A stretch of DNA of 64,000 nt from an uncultured Candidatus Rokubacteria bacterium (GTDB lineage Bacteria > Methylomirabilota > Methylomirabilia > Rokubacteriales > CSP1-6). The DNA lies in assembly GCA_963771355.1 (NCBI GenBank), contig CAVYTA010000006.1, forward strand, positions 992,001-1,056,000, written 5' to 3'. Made by a program: the position numbers and the translations under genes. Below the pieces are notes generated by a model, which ran no database searches, was not told where the DNA came from, and was given only the letters and a program-made list of their open reading frames with translations. Of this stretch, positions 42,739-52,572 are shown in pieces; position 1 is the stretch's first letter, and every line of letters begins with the position of its first letter.

Positions 42739-44328
42739 TCACCGCGCCCCCGTCGGGGGCAAGCCCTTGCCCTTGCCGCGCCGGAGCATGCCGACGAGCA
42801 CGTGAAGCTCGGGCGCGCGGAGCAGCGCGGCCGCCGCCACGAACGCGAGGCCGCCGCCGATCACCGCCGCGCCGGTCCAGACCGCGGCGTGGGCGGAAGC
42901 GTCCCCAACCGGGCCCAGTGCGCGGCAGACGAGCCAGAGCGGCAGGGTGGCGGCGAGCGTGCGGAGCGCGGAACGGCCGAGCGCCCGGCCCCCGATGGGT
43001 CCGAGCCGCCGCCGCAGCAGCCACAGCAGCGCAAGGACATTCACGTAGGCGGCCAGCGACGAGGCCAGGGCCAGCCCGGCGTGCGCGAGCGGCCACATGA
43101 GGCCGAGCGCGAGGCAGACGTTGGCGGCCACCGAGACGAAGCCCACGAGGACGGGCGTGCGCGTGTCCCCCAGCGCGTAGAAGGTCTGAGCGGCGAGGCG
43201 CGTCGCCGAGAAGGCGGGGAGCCCGACCGCGTAGGCGGCGAGGGCCTCGGTGGTGGCGGCGACGGCGGTCGCGCCGAACTGCCCGCGCTCGAAGAGCAGG
43301 CTCACGATGGGCCCGCCGAGGGCCACCAGACCCACCGCGGCGGGCACCGCGATGAAGACGGAAAGCCGCAGCGCGAAGCCGAGCGTGTCGGTGAGCCCTG
43401 CCCGATCGCCCCGCGCCGCCTGCGCCGACATGGTCGGCAGCGCCGCGGTCGCGAGCGCGATCCCGAACACGCCGAGGGGGAACTCCATCAGACGGTCGGC
43501 GTAGTAGAGATACGAGATGCTGCCCCGGGGCAGCAGCGAGGCAAGCAGCGTGTTGATCACCACCGTGATCTGGACCGCGGCGAGACCGAAGGCGGCGGGC
43601 AGGAGCCGCCGCGCGATGGTGCGCACCGCCGGATGCGCCCAGTCACCGGACGGGCGAAGGGGGACGCCGAGGCGCCGGACCTCCGGCAGCTGGACGAGCA
43701 GCTGGCCCAGACCGCCCACGAGTACCCCCACCGCGAGGGAGACGATGGGCGGCTGGAAATGCCGCGCCAGCAGCAGCACCGCCCCGATCATGCAGAGGTT
43801 GAGCACCGCGGGGCCGAGCGCGGCGGTCAAGAACCGGTGATGCGCGTTCAGCGTGCCGGTGGCGAGCGCGGCCAGCCCCACCAGCAGGAGGTACGGGAAC
43901 ATCAGCCGCGTGAGCCACACCGCGAGGTCGAGCAGTGGCGGGTCCGCCGCCCAGCCCGGCGCCATCAGCGTCACGATCCATCGCGCCCCCAGCATGCCCG
44001 CCAGCGTCACCACGCAGAGGGTGAGCGCGCTCGCGCCCGCCACCGCGCGGGCCATGGTGGCGAAGGCGGCGCGTCCGCCGGTGGCGAGGTACTGCGTGAA
44101 GACCGGGATCACCGCGGTGGACAGCGCGCCCTCGGCGAGGAGGCGGCGGAGGAGGTTGGGGATGCGGAACGCCACGAAGAAGGCGTCGGTGACGGGGCCG
44201 GCGCCGAAGGCTTGCGCCACCACCATGTCCCGCACATAGCCGAGGACGCGGCTGGCGAGGGTCGCGAGCCCGATGCTGCCGACGGCGCTCACCACGCCGG
44301 CCCGCCCCTCCTGGGGATCGCCGCTCAC
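42739..44328 (-). CDS. murJ: Lipid II flippase MurJ
   Basis: TLASRVLGYVRD, AFRIPNLLRRLLAEGALS, YYADRLMEFPLG; AAGGAG RBS before GTG 44328. Confidence 0.95.
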   Translation of the reverse strand: MSGDPQEGRAGVVSAVGSIGLATLASRVLGYVRDMVVAQAFGAGPVTDAFFVAFRIPNLLRRLLAEGALSTAVIPVFTQYLATGGRAAFATMARAVAGASALTLCVVTLAGMLGARWIVTLMAPGWAADPPLLDLAVWLTRLMFPYLLLVGLAALATGTLNAHHRFLTAALGPAVLNLCMIGAVLLLARHFQPPIVSLAVGVLVGGLGQLLVQLPEVRRLGVPLRPSGDWAHPAVRTIARRLLPAAFGLAAVQITVVINTLLASLLPRGSISYLYYADRLMEFPLGVFGIALATAALPTMSAQAARGDRAGLTDTLGFALRLSVFIAVPAAVGLVALGGPIVSLLFERGQFGATAVAATTEALAAYAVGLPAFSATRLAAQTFYALGDTRTPVLVGFVSVAANVCLALGLMWPLAHAGLALASSLAAYVNVLALLWLLRRRLGPIGGRALGRSALRTLAATLPLWLVCRALGPVGDASAHAAVWTGAAVIGGGLAFVAAAALLRAPELHVLVGMLRRGKGKGLPPTGAR

Positions 44329-44341
44329 GGGGACAAACTCC

Positions 44342-44370
44342 TTGACTCTCCTCCGACCCGACGGTATGGT
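44342..44370 (+). promoter_or_regulatory. sigma70-type promoter of rpsT
   Basis: TTGACT(44342-44347)-17 bp-TATGGT(44365-44370). Confidence 0.65.
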
Positions 44371-44423
44371 TCGATTTTGCCCGGGGTTACGGGCGACTTC
44401 CCCCAGGAATACAGGAGGCAAGA

Positions 44424-44684
44424 GTGGCCAACACGCGATCCGCCCGGAAACGGATCAAGACGAGTGAGAAGCGCCGGCTGCGGAACCGCGCCGTGCGGAG
44501 CCAGGTCCGTTCCGTGGTCAAGACGGCCCGCGCGGTCGAGCCCTCGCAAGGGGCCGAGGGACGCACCGCCATCCAGGAGGCGATCCGGAGCCTCGACAAG
44601 GCGGTGAGCCGCGGCGTGATTCACCGCAACACCGCCGCGCGCCGGAAGTCGACGCTGGCCCGGCGGCTCGCCCTCGTCAAGTAA
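44424..44684 (+). CDS. rpsT: 30S ribosomal protein S20
   Basis: MANTRSARKRIK...LDKAVSRGVIHRNTAARRKS; AGGAGG RBS. Confidence 0.97.
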   Translation: MANTRSARKRIKTSEKRRLRNRAVRSQVRSVVKTARAVEPSQGAEGRTAIQEAIRSLDKAVSRGVIHRNTAARRKSTLARRLALVK

Positions 44685-44701
44685 CCCTCCTCCGTCCCGT
44701 C

Positions 44702-46042
44702 TCATCGCCCCGCCCCCGCCGCGTCGCGCGCGTGGGCGAGGCGCTCGAGCAGCACCACGGCGCCGTCGCGCATGAGCTCCCCGCCCCGCTCACCGTAGAG
44801 GCTCGCGCAGGCGATGTAGCTCGGGTGGACGGTGGCCTCGGGGGTGAGCAGGTAGCCGAGATAGTCGTTGGACACGCCCGCCACGAAGACCCGGTCGAAC
44901 CGCGCGGCGCCCGCGGTCTTGATCTCCCGCCCGAGACGCGTCTCGAGCTCACCCGGGATGGTGACCCAGGCGCTGCCGCCGATCCCCACCGCGAGCAGCT
45001 CCGCGTGGCGGGGCAGCGCGTCGCCCAGGCCCACCCGCAGCCACCCCGGTAGCCAGCGTCCCAGGCAGGCGCGCGCGGAGACCGCCGGCGCGGGCAGGCT
45101 CACGCGGTGCGAGGCCGTCGCGAGTACCGGGTCCGCCTCCGCACGGATCGCGTCCCACGCGCCCAGCGCACCCTGCGCGAGACGCTCCCCCAGACTCGCC
45201 ACGCCCCGCCAGCCGCGTCCGGCGGGACTCACGTCGCCGACGGCGCCGTTGACGAAGAGCGCCGGCACGCGGAGGCGGCTCTCGATCCGCGCGGAGGCGT
45301 CTCCCATGAGATCGCCCGAGACCAAGAAGTTCCCCTTGCCGAGCGCGGTGCCGTGGATGGCGTAGTTCCAGAGCAGCGCCAGGGGGCGTCCGTCCGCGGT
45401 CACCACCTTGAGGACGCCGAGGGTGGGATCGAGGGATGCGCCGACGCGGCTCTTGCCGAGGCCGGGAAGCTCCACCGCGCCGGCCCCGACGCGCGCGGGC
45501 GCCCGCCGCTGATGCGCCTCGCGGGCCGCGCGCTCGAGGGCGTCCAGGAGCCGCGCGCGAATCTCCGCCGACGGCCGGTCGAGGGCCACGAAGGCGAAGA
45601 GCGCCGAGTCGACGTAGGCCCCCGGGCCGGAATGCGTGTGCGAGGCCGACACGATCACCGTCGAGTACGCGAGCCCGGCCCGTCGGAGGCGCTCGCCGAG
45701 CTCGGCGGTGAGGCCGGGATCCATGCCCACCAGATCGATGGACAGCCACATCACGCTGACGCGGGCGTCGGCCAGCGCCAGTGCCCGCGCCCGCACGGGA
45801 TCGTGCACGCCCTGCGCGGGCCGGAACCAGAACGCGTGCGCGTGGCGCCCGAGCACGTCGGGGAACCAGGCGCGGCGCGGGAAGCCCCCATAGCCGGCCA
45901 GTGGGGTACCGTCGGGCAGCACCACCTCCACCGCCGCCGCCCCCGCGGTGAGCGATGCGGTCCTGGGGGCGGCGGCGGCACCGGCGGCCCCACTGCCGGA
46001 CGAGCAGATGAGCACGAGCGCCAGGAGCGCTCGCCCCCGCAT
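44702..46042 (-). CDS. Neutral/alkaline non-lysosomal ceramidase N-terminal-domain family protein (exported amidohydrolase)
   Basis: LAGYGG, GVHDPVRARAL, SASHTHSGPG, WNYAIHGT, NGAVGDVSP, TIPGE, NDYLGY; signal peptide. Confidence 0.8.
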   Translation of the reverse strand: MRGRALLALVLICSSGSGAAGAAAAPRTASLTAGAAAVEVVLPDGTPLAGYGGFPRRAWFPDVLGRHAHAFWFRPAQGVHDPVRARALALADARVSVMWLSIDLVGMDPGLTAELGERLRRAGLAYSTVIVSASHTHSGPGAYVDSALFAFVALDRPSAEIRARLLDALERAAREAHQRRAPARVGAGAVELPGLGKSRVGASLDPTLGVLKVVTADGRPLALLWNYAIHGTALGKGNFLVSGDLMGDASARIESRLRVPALFVNGAVGDVSPAGRGWRGVASLGERLAQGALGAWDAIRAEADPVLATASHRVSLPAPAVSARACLGRWLPGWLRVGLGDALPRHAELLAVGIGGSAWVTIPGELETRLGREIKTAGAARFDRVFVAGVSNDYLGYLLTPEATVHPSYIACASLYGERGGELMRDGAVVLLERLAHARDAAGAGR

Positions 46043-47037
46043 CACGCGGCGCACAGATCCGCGATGAGAAGCGCGAGCTCGGGGCGAGGCGCCCCGCCCT
46101 GCTTGAGGCGTCGCTCCACCTCCCAGCAGCGCGTGAGGCGCCGGGCGGCGTCGGGACCCGAGAGCGCCCGCGCCAGTGCGACCACTGCGGCCGCGGCGGG
46201 CGGCGGGCGGCGAAGCAGCCGAGCGACCTCATCGTCCCGCCGGCCCTGCCCCAGCCACTCCCGTGCCTGCCACACCGAGCGTGCCTCGCGCGCCAGCATG
46301 CCGAGCACCCCGAGCGCCTCTTCGCCCGCGGCGAGGAGCGCGCCGAGCACGCCGAGCGCCGCCCCCAGGTCGCGCTCGGCCACCGCGCGGGTGAGCTCGA
46401 AGATATTGCGAAGCCGCTGCTCGCCCACCACCGCGCGGACCTCCGACGGGGTCACGCGGCGGTTGTCCGGCCCACCGGCGAGGGCCGCCTTGGCCACTTC
46501 CCCCAGCAGCAGGGTCAGGTCGTCCCCCACCAGCTCGACGAGCAGCGCCGCCGCCGCCACCTCCACCTCGAAGCCGCTCGCCGCCGCGCGGGTGCGCAGC
46601 CAGGACACCAGCGCACGGCCGGTGGGCCGCGGGAGCGCGACCACGGCGGCGGGGGGCAGCGTCTTCAGCAGCCAGTGGCTCGGGGCCACTTCCGCATCGG
46701 CGAGGAGCAGGAGCACGGTAGAGGGATTCGGCGCGGCGGCATAGGCGGCGAGGGCCTCGCCCTGGCGCACCCCGAGCCCGTCGGCGCCGCGCACCACCAC
46801 GAGCCGGCGCTCGGAGAGAAACGGCAGCGTGAGGGCAGATCGGACGATGGTTTCCGCACCCGCCTCGCGGGCCTCGAGGACTTCGCGAGAAAGGGCGGCC
46901 ATGTCGGGATCGGCGAAGAGCGCGCGGGTGACCGCCGCCACCGCGTCGTCCAGGAGGACGGGCTCGGCGCCGTGGACGAGAACGACCGGGGGCGTGCGGC
47001 CCGCCTCCACTGCGCGGAGCAGCCCCGCGTAGTCCAC
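46042..47037 (-). CDS. holA: DNA polymerase III delta subunit
   Basis: VVLVHGAE, TLPFLSERRLVVV, NIFELTRA; leuS-lptE-holA synteny. Confidence 0.9.
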   Translation of the reverse strand: MDYAGLLRAVEAGRTPPVVLVHGAEPVLLDDAVAAVTRALFADPDMAALSREVLEAREAGAETIVRSALTLPFLSERRLVVVRGADGLGVRQGEALAAYAAAPNPSTVLLLLADAEVAPSHWLLKTLPPAAVVALPRPTGRALVSWLRTRAAASGFEVEVAAAALLVELVGDDLTLLLGEVAKAALAGGPDNRRVTPSEVRAVVGEQRLRNIFELTRAVAERDLGAALGVLGALLAAGEEALGVLGMLAREARSVWQAREWLGQGRRDDEVARLLRRPPPAAAAVVALARALSGPDAARRLTRCWEVERRLKQGGAPRPELALLIADLCAA

Positions 47038-47050
47038 TAGCGGGTGTCCA

Positions 47051-47569
47051 CTAGAACCGATCCACCACCAGGTTCACGACCCGGCGGCCGATATCCACCG
47101 CCGCCGCGCGCACCGCGCCCTCCTCGCGGTTGATCGTGCCCGAGGCATCGAAGGGGACGACAAAGTCGGCCCGCTCCTGCAGTCCCTCTTGCCGGAAGAG
47201 CATGCCGCCCTGTCGCATATCCCGAAACGACAGGTTCAGGGTGACCACGAGCCGGTACTGGCGGACGTTGATGCGATTGTCCACCGCCACCGACACGATG
47301 TCGTACCCGACGACCTCGCCCTCGAGGATGGAGTCCGCCTGGTCGGCGGCGACCACCTTGAGCTTGCCGCTGGTGACAAAGGCGTTGATCACCGCGGCGG
47401 TGATGGTGCTCTCCACCGCGGGCTGCTCCGTCTTGTTCCTGAAGGTGGGCACCGCCACCGACTTGATGTGATTGGGGAGATTGCCCTGCGTGCTGTAGCC
47501 GCACCCGGTGGCAAGCCCGAGCGCCGCCACGGTCACGAGGGCGGCCCACGCGCGCGGCCCGCTCCTCAC
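47051..47569 (-). CDS. lptE: LPS assembly lipoprotein LptE
   Basis: Lipobox ATGC-GY, IKSVAVPTFRNKT, ADSILEGEV; between leuS and holA. Confidence 0.85.
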   Translation of the reverse strand: MRSGPRAWAALVTVAALGLATGCGYSTQGNLPNHIKSVAVPTFRNKTEQPAVESTITAAVINAFVTSGKLKVVAADQADSILEGEVVGYDIVSVAVDNRINVRQYRLVVTLNLSFRDMRQGGMLFRQEGLQERADFVVPFDASGTINREEGAVRAAAVDIGRRVVNLVVDRF

Positions 47570-50079
47570 GCGCGGGTAACCACGTTGACGAGGCGTCCCG
47601 GGACCACCACCACCTTGGCGACCTGGCGGCCGTCGGTCCACTGGCGCACCTTCTCGTCGGCAAGGGCGCGGTCCTGGATCTCGCGCTCCGCGGCGGCCAC
47701 GTCCACGGTGAGCCGGCTGCGCACGCGGCCGTCCACCTGGACGATGATCTCGACCTCGGCGCGCTTCACCGCCGCGGGATCGACGGTGGGCCACGCGTGC
47801 TTGAACACGCTCTCGCGGTGGCCCAGCGCCGCCCAGAGCTCCTCGGTGATGTGCGGGCTCATCGGCCCCAGCAGGAGCACGGTGGTCTCCACCGCCTCGC
47901 GCAGGAGCCGCCCGCGCTCGGCGCGGTTCATGGTGTCCATGGAGTCGCGGTCGAAGTCGTGGAGCGCATTGACCAGCTCCATGATGGCGCTGATGGCGGT
48001 ATTGAAGTGGAGGTCCTTCTCGATGTCGTGGGTCACGCGCTCGATCGTCTCGTGGATGACGCGCCGGACGGCACGGCCCGCGTCGGACAGGTTTCCCGCT
48101 TCCGCCCGGCTCGCCTCCGGCGGCACCTCGCGCAGCTCGGCGAGATGCCCCTGGACGAAGCGCCAGATACGGTTGAGGAAGCGCGACGCCCCCTCCACGC
48201 CGCGATCGTTCCAGTCGAGGTCCTTCTCGGGGGGCGCCGCGAAGAGGGAGAAGAGCCGCGCGGTGTCCGCCCCGAAGCGCCGGATGAGGTCATCCGGGTC
48301 CACCACGTTGCCCTTGGACTTCGACATCTTGGCGCCGTCCTTGATCACCATCCCCTGCGAGAGCAGGGCGGAGAAGGGCTCGTCCACCTGGGTGAGGCCG
48401 AGGTCGCGCAGCACCTTGGTGTAGAAGCGGGCGTAGAGGAGGTGGAGGACGGCGTGCTCGATCCCGCCGATGTATTGATCCACCGGCATCCAGTACGCGG
48501 CGGCGGCGGGGTCGAACATCCCGCCCTCGTAGCGCGGCGAGCAGTAGCGGAGGAAGTACCACGACGACTCCACGAAGGTATCCATGGTGTCGGTCTCGCG
48601 CTTGGCGGGACCGTCGCACCGGGGACACCGCGCGTTGACGAAGTGCGCCACCTCGGCGAGCGGCGAGCCGCCCTTGCCGCTGATCTGCACGTCCTCGGGC
48701 AGCACCACCGGCAGGCGGTCCTCGCGCTCCGGCACCATGCCGCATCGGGGGCAGTAGAGAATGGGGATGGGCGCCCCCCAGTAGCGCTGGCGGCTGATGC
48801 CCCAGTCGCGGAGCCGGTAGTTGACCTTGGACTGGCCGAGGCCGCGGGCCACCAGCCAGTCGATCGCCTTGCGCTTGGCCTCCGCGATGCCGAGCCCGTC
48901 CAGGAACCCCGAGTTGATCTTCACGCCGTCGCCGGTATAGGCCTCGGTATCCGCCCAGCCCTCCGGCCGCTTCACCGTCGGGACGATGGGCAGGCCGTGC
49001 TGCGTGGCGAAGTCCCAGTCGCGCCCATCCTCGCCCGGCACCGCCATGATCGCGCCGGTGCCGTAGCCCATGAGCACGTAGTCGGCGAGGAAGAGCGGGA
49101 TCTCCCGCTCCGTGAAGGGATTGATGGCGCGGGCGCTGAGCCGGAGCCCGCGCTTCGGCCGGTCGACGGCCAGGCGCTCGATCTCCGACTCCCGCGCCAC
49201 CTCCGCGCGGAAGGCGTCCACCTTCGCGCGCTCGGCGGGATCGGTGACGAGCGCGTCCACCAGCGGGTGCTCGGGGGCCAGCACCGCGTAGGTCATGCCG
49301 AACGAGGTGTCCGGCCGAGTGGTGAAGATGCGGATCTTCACGTCGGGGCGCCCCACCACCGGCAGGTCGAACTCGGCGCCCTCGCTCCGCCCGATCCAGT
49401 TGCGCTGCATGGTCAGCACGCGCTCGGGCCAGCCGGGGAGACGGTCGCACCCGGCGAGCAGCTCATCCGCGTAGTCGGTGATCTTGAAGAACCAGCCCTC
49501 GATCTCCTTGGCCTCCACCTCGGAGTCGCAGCGCCAGCAGCGCCCCGCCTCCACCTGCTCGTTGGCGAGGATGGTCTGGCAGGAGGGGCACCAGTTCACC
49601 GTGGAGCGTTTCTTGTAGGCGAGCCCCCGCTCGAACATCCGGATGAAGATGAGCTGCTCCCACTTGTAGTACGCGGGGTCGCAGGTGGCCACCTCGCGGT
49701 CCCAGTCGTAGGAGATCCCCATGCGGCGAAGCTGGCTCCGCATGTTCCGGATGTTCTCGTAGGTCCACACCGCGGGGTGGACCCCGTTGTCGATGGCGGC
49801 GTTCTCGGCGGGCATGCCGAAGGCATCCCACCCCATCGGGTGGAGCACGTTGAACCCGCGCATCCACTTGTAGCGCGCAAGGAGATCGCCGATGGCATAG
49901 ACGCGCACGTGACCCATGTGGATGCGGCCGGAGGGATACGGGAACATCTCGAGACAGTAAAACTTCGGGCGGGAGGGATCCTCGATCGCCTGGAACTGCT
50001 TGCTTTCCTCCCAGACGCGCTGCCACCGGGCCTCGATGTCGGCAAACGGGTAGCGTTCGGGACGGTCGTCGCTCGCCAT
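47566..50079 (-). CDS. leuS: Leucine-tRNA ligase
   Basis: EMFPYPSGRIHMGH, MGWDAFGMPAENAA, SRQRYWG, YIGGIEHA, KMSKS. Confidence 0.97.
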   Translation of the reverse strand: MASDDRPERYPFADIEARWQRVWEESKQFQAIEDPSRPKFYCLEMFPYPSGRIHMGHVRVYAIGDLLARYKWMRGFNVLHPMGWDAFGMPAENAAIDNGVHPAVWTYENIRNMRSQLRRMGISYDWDREVATCDPAYYKWEQLIFIRMFERGLAYKKRSTVNWCPSCQTILANEQVEAGRCWRCDSEVEAKEIEGWFFKITDYADELLAGCDRLPGWPERVLTMQRNWIGRSEGAEFDLPVVGRPDVKIRIFTTRPDTSFGMTYAVLAPEHPLVDALVTDPAERAKVDAFRAEVARESEIERLAVDRPKRGLRLSARAINPFTEREIPLFLADYVLMGYGTGAIMAVPGEDGRDWDFATQHGLPIVPTVKRPEGWADTEAYTGDGVKINSGFLDGLGIAEAKRKAIDWLVARGLGQSKVNYRLRDWGISRQRYWGAPIPILYCPRCGMVPEREDRLPVVLPEDVQISGKGGSPLAEVAHFVNARCPRCDGPAKRETDTMDTFVESSWYFLRYCSPRYEGGMFDPAAAAYWMPVDQYIGGIEHAVLHLLYARFYTKVLRDLGLTQVDEPFSALLSQGMVIKDGAKMSKSKGNVVDPDDLIRRFGADTARLFSLFAAPPEKDLDWNDRGVEGASRFLNRIWRFVQGHLAELREVPPEASRAEAGNLSDAGRAVRRVIHETIERVTHDIEKDLHFNTAISAIMELVNALHDFDRDSMDTMNRAERGRLLREAVETTVLLLGPMSPHITEELWAALGHRESVFKHAWPTVDPAAVKRAEVEIIVQVDGRVRSRLTVDVAAAEREIQDRALADEKVRQWTDGRQVAKVVVVPGRLVNVVTRA

Positions 50080-50128
50080 GTTCGCGCTGATCTTAAGCTG
50101 CCCGGAGGGAGGACGCAAGGAAACGGCT

Positions 50129-50159
50129 CCCCGGGGACCATGCGATCCGGTCCCCGGGG
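50129..50159 (-). terminator. Strong hairpin after small secreted-protein gene
   Basis: CCCCGGGGACC-9 nt-GGTCCCCGGGG, 11-bp perfect stem; weak U-tract. Confidence 0.55.
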
Positions 50160-50171
50160 GAAGGCGGTCGG

Positions 50172-50423
50172 CTACTTCTTCTTGAGGGCGAGATTGATGG
50201 CCTTGGCCGCTTCCTCGGCCTTGGCCACGGACTCCGCGTGCTTGCCGGCATCGTGGAGCTTCTTGGCCTCCGCGGCGAGGTCGTTGGCCTTCTTCGAGGC
50301 GTCGTCCGACTTCCCGGCGGTCGCGTCCTGGACCTGCTTGATCAGGAGCGGACACTGAAACGCCAGCGCGGGGCTGGCGGCGAGGGTGATCACGGCGACC
50401 GCGATCAGGAGCGTCTTCAGCAT
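50172..50423 (-). CDS. Small secreted alpha-helical protein (83 aa)
   Basis: Signal peptide ending PALA, mature FQCPLL...KKLHDAGKHAESV; GGAGG RBS; own downstream hairpin. Confidence 0.8.
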   Translation of the reverse strand: MLKTLLIAVAVITLAASPALAFQCPLLIKQVQDATAGKSDDASKKANDLAAEAKKLHDAGKHAESVAKAEEAAKAINLALKKK

Positions 50424-50459
50424 GAGGGTTCACCTCCTCCCTGGAGAATTGCCGTTACT

Positions 50460-52310
50460 TTAACCGCTCGACGGCTCCGGCGGTTCCCCATTTTCGGGCG
50501 CCGGCACCAGTGGCACCGGGTGGAAGTGCTCGTGGATCCGCTGCGCCAGCTTGGGCGTGACCTTGGGCACCCCGGCGAGCTCGGCCACGGACGCGGCCCG
50601 GACCCCACGCGCCGAGCCGAGCGTCTTGAGCAGGCTGGTCCGGAGAGTCGGGCCCACCCCGGGGATGCGGTCGAGCTCCGAGCTGATGGTCCGACGCGCC
50701 CGCACCTTCTTGTGGTACGTGATGGCGAACCGGTGGGCCTCGTCCCGGATCTTCTGGAGCGTCTGCAGCGCGGGCGAGCCGAGGTCCAGCACCAGCGGCT
50801 GCAGGCGGTCGGGCGTATAGACCTCCTCCGCGCGCTTGGCGAGGGAGGCGATGGGGAGATAGTCCAGACCCAGATCCTCGAGCACCTTCACCCCCACCCC
50901 GAGCTGGCCGCGCCCGCCGTCGAGGAGAATGAGATCCGGCAGCGGCCCCTCCCCCTCCAGCGCCTTGGCGTAGCGGCGGGTGAGCACCTCCTGCATGGAC
51001 GCGAAGTCGTCGGTGCCGATCACCGTCCGGATCTTGTACCGCTTGTAGTCGTCCTTCTTCATGTCCCCGCCCTGCCACACCACCATGGAGGCCACCGTGT
51101 CGCTGCCCTGGATGGTCGATATGTCGAAGCACTCGATGCGGTCCGGCGGCTCGGCCAGGCCCAGCGCCCGCTGCAGCTCTTCGCGCACCGCCTGATGGCG
51201 GTTCGTGCGCGAGAGCAAGTGCGCCTGCAACGCCAGCGCGGCGTTCTCCTCCGCCATCGCCACCAGCTCGCGCCGGCGCCCCCGCTGGGGCGCCAGCAGC
51301 TCCACGCGTCCTCCGCGGCGCTGCCGCAGCCACTCCAGCACCAGCGGAGCATCCGCGATCTCGGTGGAGAGCACGAGCTCCGGCGCGGGGGTCACGCTCC
51401 GCGCGTAGAACTGCCGCACGAACGCGGAGAGAACCTCTCCATCGCTCTCCCCCACCAGGCGGTCGAAGTAGAAGGACTCCCGGCCGAGCAGCCGGCCCTT
51501 GCGGACGAAGAAGAGCTGCACGCAGGCGTCGGGCCCCTGTCGCACCAGCCCGATGATGTCCTCGTCCGTCTCCTCGGTGGAGATGATCTTCTGGCGCTCG
51601 CGCACCGTGTTCAGCGCCTGGATGCGGTCGCGCAGCACCGCCGCCTGCTCGAAGCGCGTCTCCGCCGCGGCCGCCTCCATCCGCCGCGTCAGCTCCTTGA
51701 CGAGATCGTCGTCCTTTCCCTCCAGGAAGCGCTGGACCTCGGAGACGGTCCGGCCATAGCCTTCCTTCGACTCCTGCCCGGTGCAGGGGGCGTTGCAACG
51801 ATGGATGAAGTACTGGATGCACGGCCGCGGGAGCTGCCCGTCGATCTTGATGCGGCAGGTGCGGAGCGGGAAGAGCTGGCGCACCAGCCGGAGGGTCTCG
51901 CGCATCGCGGTGGCCGGATAGAACGGCCCGAAGTAGGCGTCGCCGTCCTGCTGCACCCGCCGCGCCACGACCAGCCGGGGGAACTCCTCGCTGGTGGTGA
52001 GCTTGAGGAAGGGATAGTGCTTGTCGTCCCGCAGGATGATGTTGTAGCGGGGCCGGTGCTTCTTGACCAGGTTCGATTCGAGGATGAGCGCCTCGAGCTC
52101 GTTGGTGGTGACGATGTACTCGAGGTCGCGGATCTGCCCGACCAGGGCGTCGGTCTTGGGGTCGCGGGCGCGCGACTCCTGGAAGTAGGAGCGCACGCGG
52201 CTGCGCAGGGAGGCCGCCTTCCCCACGTAGACGATCTGGGCCTTGGCGTCCTTGTAGAGGTAGACACCCGGCCGGTCCGGCACCTGGTCGAGCTTGTCCT
52301 GAAGACTCAC
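50460..52310 (-). CDS. uvrC: Excinuclease ABC subunit C
   Basis: GIY-YIG (PGVYLY..YVGKA), IECFDIS, DGGRGQL, RDEAHRFAI, HhH. Confidence 0.97.
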   Translation of the reverse strand: MSLQDKLDQVPDRPGVYLYKDAKAQIVYVGKAASLRSRVRSYFQESRARDPKTDALVGQIRDLEYIVTTNELEALILESNLVKKHRPRYNIILRDDKHYPFLKLTTSEEFPRLVVARRVQQDGDAYFGPFYPATAMRETLRLVRQLFPLRTCRIKIDGQLPRPCIQYFIHRCNAPCTGQESKEGYGRTVSEVQRFLEGKDDDLVKELTRRMEAAAAETRFEQAAVLRDRIQALNTVRERQKIISTEETDEDIIGLVRQGPDACVQLFFVRKGRLLGRESFYFDRLVGESDGEVLSAFVRQFYARSVTPAPELVLSTEIADAPLVLEWLRQRRGGRVELLAPQRGRRRELVAMAEENAALALQAHLLSRTNRHQAVREELQRALGLAEPPDRIECFDISTIQGSDTVASMVVWQGGDMKKDDYKRYKIRTVIGTDDFASMQEVLTRRYAKALEGEGPLPDLILLDGGRGQLGVGVKVLEDLGLDYLPIASLAKRAEEVYTPDRLQPLVLDLGSPALQTLQKIRDEAHRFAITYHKKVRARRTISSELDRIPGVGPTLRTSLLKTLGSARGVRAASVAELAGVPKVTPKLAQRIHEHFHPVPLVPAPENGEPPEPSSG

Positions 52311-52355
52311 CGCTTCACTATTGTACGCTCGCCGGGTCAGGACCCCGGCCGCCCG

Positions 52356-52571
52356 TCAGGACCCTTGGAGGAGGGTGAGCGGCAGGATGGCGAGGCCGAG
52401 GAGGGCGGGCACGATCACGCTCCAGCGAAGGGCGCGCGTCACGCTCCGGAGGATGGGCGGCGCGGGCCGGCCGGGACGGGGCGGATTCAGGAAGCTGATG
52501 ACCTTCGCGAGGGCCAAGAGCCCGAGCGAGAGGACGGCGAAGAACACCAGCACCCACTTGAAGGCTCCCAC
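52356..52571 (-). CDS. Small two-TM membrane protein (71 aa)
   Basis: Two hydrophobic segments; starts 1 bp after the uvrB stop and fills the gap to uvrC. Confidence 0.6.
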   Translation of the reverse strand: MGAFKWVLVFFAVLSLGLLALAKVISFLNPPRPGRPAPPILRSVTRALRWSVIVPALLGLAILPLTLLQGS

Positions 52572-52572
52572 G

